Below, piece after piece: positions 48,200 through 63,313 of a DNA stretch of 64,000 bases (position 1 is its first letter; the number at the start of each line of letters is the position of its first letter). A program made the position numbers and the translations under genes. The stretch lies in NCBI RefSeq assembly GCF_009914755.1, contig NC_060934.1. One strand, 5' to 3'. This DNA comes from the human T2T-CHM13v2.0 reference genome, Homo sapiens. The notes below the pieces were generated by a model that saw nothing but the letters and a program-made list of their open reading frames with translations, did no database searches and was not told the DNA's origin.

Positions 48200-48575
48200 T
48201 GTATTAGGCCATTCTCATGCTGCTATACAGAACTGCAAGAGACTGGGTAATTTAAAAAGGAAAGAGGTTTAATTGACTCACAGTTCTGCAGGGCTAGGGA
48301 GGACTCGGGAAACTTACAATCATGGCGGAAGCAGAAGGAAGCATGTCCTTCTTCACATGACAGTAGCAAGGAGAAGTGCAGAGTGAAGTGGGAACAGCCC
48401 CTTATAAAACCATCAGATCTCATGAGAACTCACTCACTATCATGAGAACAGCATGAGGGTAACTGCCCCCATGATTAAATTACCTCCTACTGCGTCCCTC
48501 CCACAACACATGGGGATTATGGGAACTGCAATCCAAGGTGAGATTTGGGTGGGGACACAGAGCCAAACCATAACA
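48200..48575 (-). mobile_element. THE1C/D solo LTR inside an L2 relic
   Basis: aaggaaagaggtttaattgactcacagttc...ataaaaccatcagatctcatgagaactc; perfect 5-bp TSD gattg. Confidence 0.92.
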
Positions 48576-49907
48576 GATTGGAATGAGAATCATGAAAAAA
48601 AAATGTGTAATGGGATGAAGAGTGATTTGGAAGAATGCCAAGATGGTTGGGAACGTTTTCTCTGGGACAGGACATTTGAACTGAGCCATCTGTACAAGGA
48701 TCTGCAAGGGGACAGTGTCTCAGGAAGAGGCACTAAATTAAAGCAATGTTGGTAATTGATGGGGGTACAGGGAACTTGGGAGGAGATGGGAGGAGATAGT
48801 ATAGAGGGAAAGGGTGGAGCTGATTAATTGCTCATTGTGTCTCCTTCATCTATACCAGAGTAGGGTGCTACTTTTCCTCCCACTTTGCATACTCTTTTCA
48901 TTACCACTTCCAATTTCTTAATTCTTCTCCCTAATTTCCATTAAAGTACAAGAACATGAGCCTTTGCCAGCAGCAAACACGTCTGGAGCCATCTTCTAAC
49001 ACCGAATCACATAAAACACCAAACTAAAACTAAAAGCCATTGGTAAATAGAGGCTGAGAGTATTAAGATTTAGCTTTCATTATTATTAGGCCCATTCAAC
49101 TAATGTTTATTTTATGACGATTACATCTCATTATCATTACAGATCACAGTCATAAACTAAGTTATAAATTCACTCGTCATTTATTTCTTTCCTCATTAAC
49201 TCATAGGGCGTCCTATTGTGGCATAAATCACTTTAGCGAAGCTGCATACTTGACCATACACAAACATAAAAAAAACCCCAGCAAACTTATCTAAATAATG
49301 TTTTCCAAGATAATCATAAATATTTCAGTAAATAATGATACTTCTTAGTTTAGCGTTACTGAATTTGAAATTTTTTCATCATTATCATCATCTACTTCTT
49401 TGCAAGTGTTTGTTCATCAAGAACTGTAATCAATAAAAGAAAGAAGACAAAGAACAGAACGAGCTATTTTCTGCATCACAACCAGATTGTCCAGATGTCG
49501 TGCCTGGAATATATCACACGTGACATTTCTAGTCATGTTTCCAATCATTTGGAACATACAGGTTTTCCTTTGCAATCTGAAAAGCCTTAGGATGCTCCAA
49601 GCACTTCTGTCAGCAACAGCAGCCTGGAAAAGGAATCACACAGAATGTACTCTACCTGATGTCATTTTCTGCTCCAGCTCGAGGCATTTAGGTTCTTCTC
49701 GAAATTCTTCTTCCTAAGCGCCAGCCCCATAAACCAGAAAAGCAGGGAGAAAGTAAAAATATGCATTAATGTAAGGCAATACTTTTTGCAAGCCTACTAA
49801 TTAATATGAGATCAAGACTTGAAAAACTTAAACCACACCTTAAAGAACTGAGGTTTTGGACAAGCTACTACAAATCAACAATAAATGCCAAGTAGAGTAG
49901 AGTAACT

Positions 49908-49995
49908 ACAGGGGCGTTGGGTGACACAACTCCAGGGTGCTATTCACATGGTAGTGTCTATGCATGTTGTCCCTGGAGTGGTGCAACCCAGGGGC
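49908..49995. mobile_element. MER91-like palindromic hAT MITE
   Basis: cacaactccagggtgctattcacat...ccctggagtggtg inverted arms. Confidence 0.6.
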
Positions 49996-50046
49996 CCCCT
50001 GTGACTAATATATTTGAAGGCACCCGTGACTTAGAAATGATGGTGA

Positions 50047-50364
<318 letters not shown>

Positions 50365-51107
50365 AGGTTTTTCATAAAATAGAAATGCCACCAGCATGGT
50401 TGAACAAGGAGAATTATGTTTTGTTTTTCATCACTCAAGGAACTGATTTCATGTACTTTCGAAAGTTCCATCATTATTCACAGTTATATTTTTATCTCTA
50501 AGAAGGTAGGTGTACACATTCTTGTCTGAGTCCTGGTATGATATTCTTTAATGACAATGGTTGTCACTGCCGTGACACTGATAAAAGTAGACCCCATTAG
50601 AAATGAGGGAGATAAATTAAGAGGAATATCTAAATGATCCTTTTCTAATTTTGCCTGCAAGATGACTTTACGCCAATTAATTTATTTGTTTTTCCCTTCA
50701 TTAAACAAATATTTGATGAGTGTCTGCTACGGGCTATTTCTGTGGGATCTTAACCTTTAGGCAGGATACCTTCTAACATCCCTTGAATTATACTGCAGGA
50801 AGTTACCTACTCAGCTTCCTTCCTAGCCTGGCAGGAAGGCTACTGTGCTTACTTTGTTCTTTCTAAGAATTTAGCCCAATAGAAGATATGCTAGACCATA
50901 ATAAAGTATATGGGTGTAGGGTTCCATAAATAAAAACTGGGGCTATTCTATAACCAGAGTGAAAAAATTGAATTCAAAAACTGGTATTATTCATTATAGG
51001 AATACTGTCTCAAATTTGCCCTGAGTTTGCCAGTTCTTGGTAATATCTCACCTGGATTAGAACCCACCAGACTCTAGAGCTCAGGTAGTAAGATAAAGAA
51101 AGGTCCA

Positions 51108-52103
<996 letters not shown>

Positions 52104-53007
52104 AAAGAAATGTCTTTCTTAATTCATAAAAACTGGTTTCATTAAATTGCCATAATTATCAACTTAGAAGTGAATTGATTTCACCTGTGTTGGGAACAAA
52201 TGTTTTTCCAGAGATCAAAAATCATCTCCAAATATTCATCATCAGAGACCATTTCTAAAAATGTGTCCTACTTTTAAAACCCATGGAATAGTATTGGCAT
52301 AAACAATTTGGGTAAATAAGGCCTCAGTTCAATTATCTCAAATGTATGTGTTGTAAGAAATTTTAATGAAAATTGCCTCCAAAATTACATATTTGAAGTG
52401 GGTATGAATTAATAGTATACCAAAGAATGTGTAAATAACAGAAAAGCCCCATCACACAGCAAATAAGTGCAGTAAGTCATTTCTTGTTTCACAAGGCCTG
52501 ACAGAACAGTATATAATGAAAACATGAGGAATTATTTTATAATACAGCCACAGGGGAAGTCTCTTGAGAGGCCAAAATAATCCAAATAAAGTCATTTTCA
52601 AGATGAAAAGACTCTCCCCTTTGAGCCAGTAAGACTGTTTACTTTTTTATTGCTCTGAATTCCAGAACTGTGAAATAACATAGCCCTTTAGCTCTTCTCC
52701 AAACATATTTATTACTCCATCTTAAATAGCCCCTCCCTAAGGTTTCCCTTTGACTAGTAAGAGTTGCAAAGTCCCGCAACAATCTGCAGAGGGAAGGATG
52801 TTGGAAATGCTCTTGGTTGGAGAGCTTTCAGCACAGAATAAACAAGCATCTGTCCTCACTAGTATAAACTATGTTCTATTTAGAGAAAAGAAGCTGAGCT
52901 CCTTCAATTCTTGTGTCTCTTCTCTTCAGCGCAAGTCTGCAATTTGCTGAATGCGTTCGTAGTGGCTTTTTCCCAGCAAAGCTAGAATAAAATGACAACA
53001 GTCCAAC

Positions 53008-53992
53008 TGTAGTAGACATCTGTTGATTTTGCTGCCTAGTACTCACTGACTCACTATCTAGTAAGTGTGTCCTGATTTCCTCTTTAAAGCCATCTCATCC
53101 CACTCTTAAAGAACTGTGGTTTTCTGTGCTCCGTGAAACCGACTCCTTCCCCACCATCCCACTCCAGGGGTGCAACATATGACCCAGGCCCACGCCCATC
53201 AGTCTGCTGCATTTCCCTCTGATTGGTAGAGCGGTTATGTTGTTCCAGGACTGTTCCTTAGTTCAGCTAAAGACAGAGTTCTTTGTCCCATGGCCACGAA
53301 AATTAAGGCTTGCAGACAATTTGAAAAGGCTCGCCAACAATTTGAATGGTGAGTAAAACAGGGTTTTATTGGGTGAAAAGGAAGAAAAGGGGGAAACAGG
53401 GACTCTTACTAGGTCAGAGTCCCTGCTACAACCCTTCCTGTTGGAATCCCAGGTTACACACAGGAAGAGGAGGGGCCAGGCTCCTCCCTGATGCAAATGG
53501 CACGAGCTTCCCGAGGCTCCACCCCAAGTGGGCAGGCTGGTTGGAGGTTTTCTGGGGACCCCCTCCCATCTCGCTGTCTGAATGTGACACACTCAGGGTT
53601 AGTGAGACCTAATGAGATTTTTCTCTGGACTTCTGGGAAAATGACTCCTGTTCTTATTATCCACTGGCCCTGAAACCAGAGACAGGGGTTGCAGCTGCTA
53701 CTGTAGGCACCACCTTGTTATCACGTGCGGCTGAAACTGAAGCCCACACAAAGGAAGGCAGAGCCAAGAGATGCTCCAATGCTTTCTTCTGTTGATATCA
53801 ACTAAGCCCCAAATTCAGCCACGCCTGAAGCAAGATTAACCCTGGACTTTTCCGCATAAGGCAGCTAATACACTCCCTTTTATTTAAAAAAAAAAAAAAA
53901 AACAAAAAAAAAAACCTGTATTTCTTTTTAAATCAAACTGATTCCTATCAGGTTTTCTGTCACTTCTAAAAGAATGAGTCCTAACTGATACA
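53008..53992 (+). mobile_element. MLT1J/I-like LTR, split by an ERV1-type LTR
   Basis: tgtagtagacatctgttg...; cctgaagcaagattaaccctggactttt; ggttttctgtcactt...gtcctaactgataca. Confidence 0.7.
53238..53590 (-). mobile_element. ERV1-class solo LTR (subfamily uncertain)
   Basis: ccttagttcagctaaagac...cagggttttattgggtg (AATAAA on minus); internal ~21-bp tandem duplication ending acaatttgaa. Confidence 0.65.
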
Positions 53993-54001
53993 CCAGTGTA
54001 A

Positions 54002-54424
<423 letters not shown>

Positions 54425-54499
54425 TAAATCAAATGTGACCACGATGATGTACCAAGAATGTACTATTAAAATTTGTCAAACAAATGGACTTTTCATTTA

Positions 54500-54655
54500 C
54501 AGTCGTGTGTTGTCACTTTACAACATGAATATGTGTTTGTTTGTGTTTCTAAACATAGAAAAGGTACAGTAAAAAGATAGTATATAACCTGATGGGACCT
54601 CCATTCTATATGGGGTCTGTTGCTGACTGAAACATTATTATATGGCTCATGACTG
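54500..54655 (+). mobile_element. Miniature Tigger3 deletion derivative
   Basis: ta|cagtcgtg...catgactg|ta termini; tctaaacatagaaaaggtacagtaaaaa. Confidence 0.75.
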
Positions 54656-55010
54656 TATTTTCCTTGAGGACTAATCCCAAGATGCCTCATTGAAAGGGCA
54701 TGTGAAACCACACTAAGTTTATACTTAGGGAGTTCAAGGTAAGATTTTGGTACAAATTAGTTTCTTTTCCTAAGGTTCACCTGATTGAACATTAGTAGAA
54801 ATAAAGAAAGAAGGAAGGAATAAAAAAACTTAAAAACACGAACCAAATACCTTCACCAATGTACATCAAGTCATTTTCCTTTGGCCTCATAGTTGGCAAC
54901 ATTGGGAGTTAACATTTCACTCTAGGGCAGCAAGTTTAGAAGCAAAAAGGTAGTTTGTTGGAGACAGAAATAGAATTCCTGACCAATAATTAAAGAGGCT
55001 TGGTTCCATT

Positions 55011-56030
55011 CTTTTAAATGGACACATAATAATCATAGATATTTATGTGTACATGTGATATTTCAATACATGTATACATGTGAAATGAGCAAAGCAGGGT
55101 AATTAGCCTGTCCGTCACCTCAAACATCCATCATTTCTTTGTGTTAGGAACATTCAATATCTGTTCTTCTAGCTATTTGAAAATATACAATAAATTATTG
55201 TTAACTAGAGTCACCCTGCAGTGCTATAGAACACTAGAAACTATTCCTTCTATCTGGCTGTAATTTTGTACTCATTAACCAACCTCTCCCTATTTTTCCT
55301 TCCCCCTAACCTTCCCAGCCTCTGGTAACCACTGTTCTCCTCTCCACTTCCATGATACCAACTTTTTCAGCTCTCACATATGAGTCAGAACATGTGGTAT
55401 CTGTCTTTCTGTGTCTGGCTTATTTCACTTAATATAATGTCCTCCAGGCTCATCTATGTTGCTGCGAATGAAGGATTTTATTCTTTTTTTAAATGTCTGA
55501 ATAGTATTCTATTGTATAAGTGCCACATTTTCTTTATCCCTTCATCTGTTGATAGACACTCAGGTTGATTCCGTATCTTTGCTATTGTGAATAGTGCTGC
55601 AATAAACACGAGAGTGTAGATATCTCTTTGACATGCTGATCTCCTTCCCTTTGGATGCATACCCAGCAGTGGGATTGCTGGATCATATGGTCGTTCTATT
55701 TTTAGTTTTTGGAGAAAACTTCATACTGTTTTTCATAACGGCTGTACTGTAGGAGTTCCCCTTTCTCCGTATCCTTTTCGGCGTTTGTTATTTTTTTGTC
55801 TTCTTGATAATCGCCATTTGAACTGGGGTGAGATGATATCTCATTTTGGTTTTGATTTGCATTTTCCTGATGATTAGTGATGTGGAGCATTTTTTTAATA
55901 TACTTGGCTATTTGTATGTCTTCTTTTGAGAAATGCCTATTCCAATCTTTTGCCTATTTTTTAATCAGATTATTTGTTTTTTGCTTTTGCTTTTTGTTTT
56001 GTTTGTTTGCTGTTGAGTTATTTGCGTTCC
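55011..56030 (-). mobile_element. L1MA-like 3' segment
   Basis: tctagctatttgaaaatatacaat; gtgggattgctggatcatatggt; tgtatgtcttcttttgagaaatg. Confidence 0.92.
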
Positions 56031-56393
56031 AAGTATCTCTAGAAAAGAGGGCATCCACATGCAGAAGAATGAAGGTAGACCCCTATCTCTCACCAGATCC
56101 AAAAATCAACTCAAAATGCATCAAAGACTTAAACGTAAGACCCGAAGCTATGAAACTAGGAGAAGAAAACATAGGGAAAACACTTCAGCACATTGGTCTA
56201 GGCAAAGGTTTTATGGCTAGTACCTCAAAAACAGTCAACAAAAGCAAAAATAGACAAATGAGATTATATCAGACTCCAAAGCTCCTGCACAGCAAAGGAA
56301 ACAATCAACAGAATGAAGTGACAACCTGCAATTTGGGAGAAAATATTTGCAAACTATTGATCTGACAAGAGATTAACATCCAGAATATACAGG
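56031..56393 (+). mobile_element. Inverted L1 ORF2 segment of the same insertion
   Basis: Translates to RRMKVDPYLSPDPKINSKCIKDLNVRPEAMKLGEENIGKTLQHIGLGKGFM, similar to the L1 ORF2p C-terminal region. Confidence 0.9.
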
Positions 56394-56739
56394 GGCTGTG
56401 TTTTTAAAACCCCTTCTCAGCATTGCTCCCTGGGGATGGAGTCCTTCAAATTGCTTATGCACCCTTTATAATGTAAAACCACCACTTTGTTTTTCTCTGC
56501 AGTCTAGAGAGACATGTGTTTGCCAGTCTTATCCTCTCCCTGAACTAGGACATTTAGAATGCAGTTCCTTAGGTGGATGTTATAAGGGCTGGAGCACTTA
56601 GCGTGAGTACAAACTCCTCCCAGACTGGTGACAGGTTAATAATTGTCTCGTTAACTCCCCAAGCAAGTTAATTAGAAGCCAGGCCACCAGGTAGCAGCTA
56701 CAGGTATGTTTTGTAAACTCCTTCCAAGGGGAAACAGAG

Positions 56740-57002
56740 TTGTTTGTTTTGTTTTGTTGAGACAGGGTCTCGCTCTCGCTCTGTTGCCCAGGCTGGAGTG
56801 CAGTGGTACAATCTTTACCCACTGCAGCTTCAACCTCCCGGGTTCAAGTGATCCTCCCACCTCAGCCTCCTGAGAAGCTGGGGCTATAGGCATGCAGCAC
56901 CACACCTGGCTAATTTTCATAATTTTTTTTTGTAGAGACAGGGTTTTGCCACGTTGTGCTCCGAAAGTGCTGGGATTACAGGCATGAGCCATTGTGCTTG
57001 TC
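56740..57002 (-). mobile_element. AluJ with left-arm deletion
   Basis: ccacgttgtgctccgaaagtgctggg junction. Confidence 0.9.
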
Positions 57003-57888
57003 CACGTATGTTTTTAAGCCCCTTCTCTGCACTGATTTAAGCCCCTTCTCTGTGCTGATTCCAGTGGTATAAATTCTCTGAAAATACTTGCATGCCCATA
57101 TTAAACTGCTATATTTTTTTCCTACACATGTGTATCTAATCCCCTCTGTTCTTGTGTTTGGTGCATTAAGTGTTAAATCATGGGGAAACAGGATTAGGGC
57201 CCTTCATGTGAGGCTCAGACCATCCTCTCCATGGGAATAAGCTGGGCGTTGGGAACTCCTTTCCCAATTTTATGGCACCGTGGTCAGGGTGCATACTGGG
57301 CCCAAGTGTGCCTCAGTTTTCCTATCTATCTGATATCAACATTTTCTCATTTGTCTGGTGGATAGGTGTCTCTCAACTGGTCTCTGACTTTCCGAGGAAA
57401 TGGATCTGTGGGTAGATGCTTATTTGGTGCATCTATCCATGGAGGGAGGTCAGTAGCTTTCTGCTCCATTATATTCCTGATGTCATCCAAGGCCTGGTTC
57501 CATTTGTCTCCACCTGTTGCAACAAGCCTATGACCGATTAATGGCCTCAACTTCCTTCATTTGGAAAATGGGTCCCAAAGGAGACCCAACCCTTTCCAAG
57601 ACAATTGAATTTTAATTTTAAAGAAATGTTTCCCTATCATGAAACATTTAAAGAGTTTTCAGATTCTTTCTATTAGGAGCCATATAACAAAGAAAACATC
57701 TTACAGTGGATAGCTTTTTATTTTTTCTCATTTCAAATAATTCTGGATTAGAGTCTCAAGGGTAGGATTCTGTTTCAAAGGACATAGGTGTCTTTGAGGC
57801 TCTTGATGTAGATTCAAAATTACCCCCCAGAATGTTTCAGCAAGTTAATGTGTTAAAGTGCAGCAGTCCCATTACAGCTTCTCCAGCA

Positions 57889-58199
57889 GCCCGGTGCAGT
57901 GAATCACGCCTGGAATCCCAGCATCTTGGGAGGCCAAGGTAAGAGGATCGCTTGAGCCCAGGAGTTCAAGACCAGCCTAGGCAACATAGTGAAAGCCTGT
58001 CTCTGCAAGTAATAAAAAAATTAGCCAGATGTGATGGTGCACACCTGTAGTCCCAGCTACTTGGGGGGCTGAAGTGGGAGGATCACTTGAGCCTGGGGAG
58101 GTCAAGGCTTCAGTGAGCCAAGATCATGCGACTGCACTCCAGTCTGGGTGACAGAGCAAGACTCTGTCTCAGAATCAAAAACAAAACAAAACAAAAAAA
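57889..58199 (+). mobile_element. AluJ
   Basis: J-type arms, (CAAAA)n tail. Confidence 0.92.
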
Positions 58200-58803
58200 C
58201 TTATGTAGCAGCAGCATCTAATTACACATTTTGATGGATATGAATAGTCTGTTACTGGAGGTAATTTTAGAACCCAATATCCAACACCACCATATTCCAG
58301 TACCAAGAGTCTTCCATACTGTGTTGCATTACTACTAATAAAAATGTGTTTAGTTTTCCAGGGAATCTCTTATATAAGCCATCGGTAGCCCACTAAATTA
58401 CATATTCTTCCAGAGCAAAAACTGTGCTTCCCTTTTCAAGCTTCATTCAGAGTCTACACCCTCTCTTAACAGGTGTTTATTAAACAATTGTTAAATGAAT
58501 TCACTTGTTTACCCACTTTGTATCTTTGTTTCACGCCCAACATAGTAATACATCCCACAATAAAAATTCAAACATTATTGCTTCTAGTAACACAGATAAG
58601 TCAGAAATGCCTCCAAGAAAGCTTTCTGAAGCAGCCCCACCTCCGTCTGAAGCTCTACCCCATTCTATCTTTATTCTATTAACTAAAATGACTTGAGTGC
58701 TTGCAGTATGTCAGAGAAACTGCACTGTATGTGTGCACTTAATCCATAACAACCCTCTGTGCAAGTAATCTTATTAATTATTGGAGGAGTTAGTAATTCA
58801 CCC

Positions 58804-59207
58804 TGTCGTGGATGCTGTGATGTGGCACCTGAAAAAGTTGTTCTCTGTAATATTTATTCTCAAAGCTGCAAGAAACGCTGTTGACAGATAGCTCTCAGCT
58901 GTCAGCCACCCGGGTGATTGCTGTAGGGAGCCAGCATCCACTGACTTGGTTGACATGAAAGCAGAGAGTCCTGGTCCCCTCACTCCAACTCAGGACAACT
59001 CTAACAGCTCTCCTTTCTCCAGAGCTCTCTGTGAAGTTGGCTGAAGCCTTCATCAAGACTTTATTGTAGCCCAATGCCTCCCTCTGCCCAATCCTGCCCC
59101 TTTCCCTCCTCTTTCTATCCACAAGGGTTGATCCCAGGAGCATTCCCTAATCAACATTATAGCTGCTACTCTCCATTTCCCAGTGGCCTTTCCAGGAACT
59201 CATCAAC
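58804..59207 (+). mobile_element. LTR16A-like ERVL LTR nested in a MIR
   Basis: gctgttgacagatagctctcagctgtcagcc; caactcaggacaactct; ccctctgcccaatcctgc. Confidence 0.7.
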
Positions 59208-59351
59208 GCAGCCAAAGTCATGCTTCTCAAAAACGACAAAAAGGAGATTCAAACCCAGGCCTACTCGGCTCTCAAACCCGTGATATAAAGCACTACACTA
59301 AACTCTCTTCCTAATCCCAATGCCTCTCTCTTTTTAAAGCTACAGATACCT

Positions 59352-59713
<362 letters not shown>

Positions 59714-59826
59714 TCAGTGACTAACCATCTTAACTTGCTCAGGACTGAGGGGTTCCCCAGGACGCAGGACTTTCAGAGCTAAAACCAGGAAAGTCCTGGG
59801 AAAACGGGGGCAAGTTGGTCACCCTA
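59714..59826 (+). mobile_element. MER81 MITE nested in a MER5-like element (about 59670-59905)
   Basis: ggactgaggggttccccaggacgcaggactttcagagctaaaacc...gttggtcacccta. Confidence 0.8.
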
Positions 59827-59974
59827 ATTGGGGCGTGTCTCTGGTGTCTGTAATTTCAACAAGCTCTTTGGATGTTTCTGGTGCACTCTAAAGCATTAAA
59901 AAGCGGTGTATTGATAAAAAGAAGTCCTAATGATGGGCGGGTGTTGTTAAACGACCATCATCAAACTCTATTCT

Positions 59975-60265
59975 GTGTTAGGCACTGTCTTTCCAGGGCA
60001 ATCTGTTTATTAGATACTATCATCCCCATTTTACAGATGAGGAAACTAAGGTCAGAGAAATCATGGAACTTGCCCAAGGCCACAGAAGCGAGTAAGTGCT
60101 GGAACCTGACGACAAGCCTAGGTGGTCCGGAGTCTGTGCTGACAAACCCTACCCCACGCTGAATCCAAAATGACTTATTCTCTCTAAATTTCCTCCTCTG
60201 GAGATGGAGAGAATAATATTTCTGCCCATGGGTGGTTGTTGTTAGGGTAAAATAAGGTAACGAAG
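59975..60265. mobile_element. MIR fragments
   Basis: MIR core atccccattttacagatgaggaaactaagg. Confidence 0.8.
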
Positions 60266-61139
60266 TACCTCCTTTGCACCTCCCAGAGTGGATACGTATT
60301 ATGTTCCCTTCCTTTCTTCCTCGGTGGGATGGTGGGTATGTGTTTTCTGTCCATTGAACACTAAGAAGAGGATTAAAGCTGTTTCCTGATTGTATACACA
60401 ACTTTCAGCAAAACTGACTCAAGGAAAAACTCACTTTAAGTCACTACACATTGACCGAGAAACTTCCATGTTCATGGCATTCTGCTAGGAAACGTGGGGG
60501 ACACTGCAGTGAACAAACCTAATTCGGGACCTCCAGAAACTCATCAACAAAGAGGACAGATGGATTACATGGATCTCAGTCTTCCTGGGAAAAGAAAAAT
60601 CCTAACGCTAACAAATAGCTTCCTCTCCTCTCCTCTCCTCTCTCTGTTTGTCTCCCTTTTCTTCTCCTCTCTTCTTCATGTAAGGGTGGAACATGCACGA
60701 TAAATAGGAAAAAGAACTTCAATATGAGAACCTGAGAGAAAGAGAATTTGACTAGCATGTTGGAAAGAGAGAAGGTGACAGAAATCACATCAGCTCTTCT
60801 GTGTCCTCAGCCCTCATGTTCTGGGTGAGTCCCTGGTGAATACAGGCGTCTCCAGGCCTCATCACACGGAACAGTTTAGGTGGCAGACACATCCAGTCAA
60901 TTCTAAAACATGCTGAGTGATTCTTGTTTTAAGAAATTAACATGGCAGATACAACTATTGTGAAAAGTGCCAAGAACTCCAGAGTAAGTGAGCAGAGAGG
61001 GAAGCAGAGCCTGCTGGCATCCCACAGGGGTGCTGGAAAGGATGTGGGCCTTGGAGTTAGAGAGACTGAGGTTCAAATCCCAGTCCTGCCATGCAGGAAC
61101 TGTGTGAGCCTCAGTTTCATCATAAAAAAGTCAAGGTAA

Positions 61140-61485
<346 letters not shown>

Positions 61486-61663
61486 TGAAGATGAAACAAG
61501 GTGATGTATGTAAAACTACTTCCCTAATCACTGTGATTGTGAGATAGCGGGACTATCATCTGCCTGACTAGCAGCCTTTCACCCCCTTCTGGTAAAGTTG
61601 CTACCCCTTGGACATAAGGATGAACCCAGGCAAGATGACAAAACCGAATTCAAGCTAAGGTGT

Positions 61664-62134
61664 TGTGATGGTTAATACTGAGTGTCAACTTGATGGAATT
61701 GAAGGATGCAAAGTATTGTCCCGGGGTGTGTCTGTGAGGGTGTTGCCAAAGGAGATTAACATTTGAGACAGTGGACTGGGAAAGGCAGACCCACCCTCAA
61801 TCTGGTGGGCACCATCTAATCAGCTGCCAGCACAGCTAGAATAAAAGCAGGCAGAGGAACGAGGAAAGACTAGACTGGTTCAGTCTTCCGGCCTCCATCT
61901 TTCTCCCGTGCTGGATGCTTCCTGCCCTCAAACATCGGACTCCAAGTTCTTCAGCTTTGGGACTCGGACTGGCTTCCTTGATCCTCAGCTTGCAAATGGC
62001 CTATTGTGGGACCTCAACTTGTGATCGTGTGAGTCAATACTCCTTAATAAACTCCCCTTTATATGTTCAGCAATCCTATTAGTTCTGTCCCTCTAGAGAA
62101 CCCTGACTAACACAGATTTCGGTATCAGGAGTGG
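61664..62134 (+). mobile_element. MLT2A1-like HERV-L 5' LTR with a 20-bp internal/PBS stub
   Basis: LTR 61664-62114 followed by gatttcggtatcaggagtgg (HERV-L internal start). Confidence 0.88.
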
Positions 62135-62188
62135 CTATAATACAGGTTGCTTGGCTGGGACTCTTCAACTGGGCTGGTGGAAGTCTTA

Positions 62189-62934
<746 letters not shown>

Positions 62935-63155
62935 CCTTAGCACCCCACTCCAGCCATCATTGGGTCTATGAAGTGTATTTCCCAGGAGCAAAAACCATAA
63001 CTCACTCAGCCATCCAGGATCAGGGAGACTCTGGGGTCCTGACTGGAGGTTTGCCACCTTCACTGTGTAGAATGCTAGGTGACTTTCTCTATCACTTCTT
63101 ATAGGAACCCTAAGTAGCTACAGCAAAAGACAGAGTGGTTCACGTGCTTGCAAAG

Positions 63156-63313
63156 CTGTATTTCTCAAAGTCTGGTGTGTGTTCAAACCACCTGGAGAAT
63201 GTGGAAGAAATGCAGAGGACCTGGCCCTACCCCTCTTCAGCAGGCCTGGGCCTCTGGCTTCTGTGTTAGTTCTCCAGGTGACACTAGTACACACTGAAGT
63301 TTGAGAATCACCG
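63156..63313. mobile_element. MER5-like MITE
   Basis: tttctcaaagt...accacctggagaat...aaatgcaga...ctgaagtttgagaatcac. Confidence 0.65.

Noticed and set aside
55877-56365. 162-aa ORF with L1 ORF2-like C-terminal half
   Set aside because: Chance fusion across the L1 inversion junction; a small degenerate fragment
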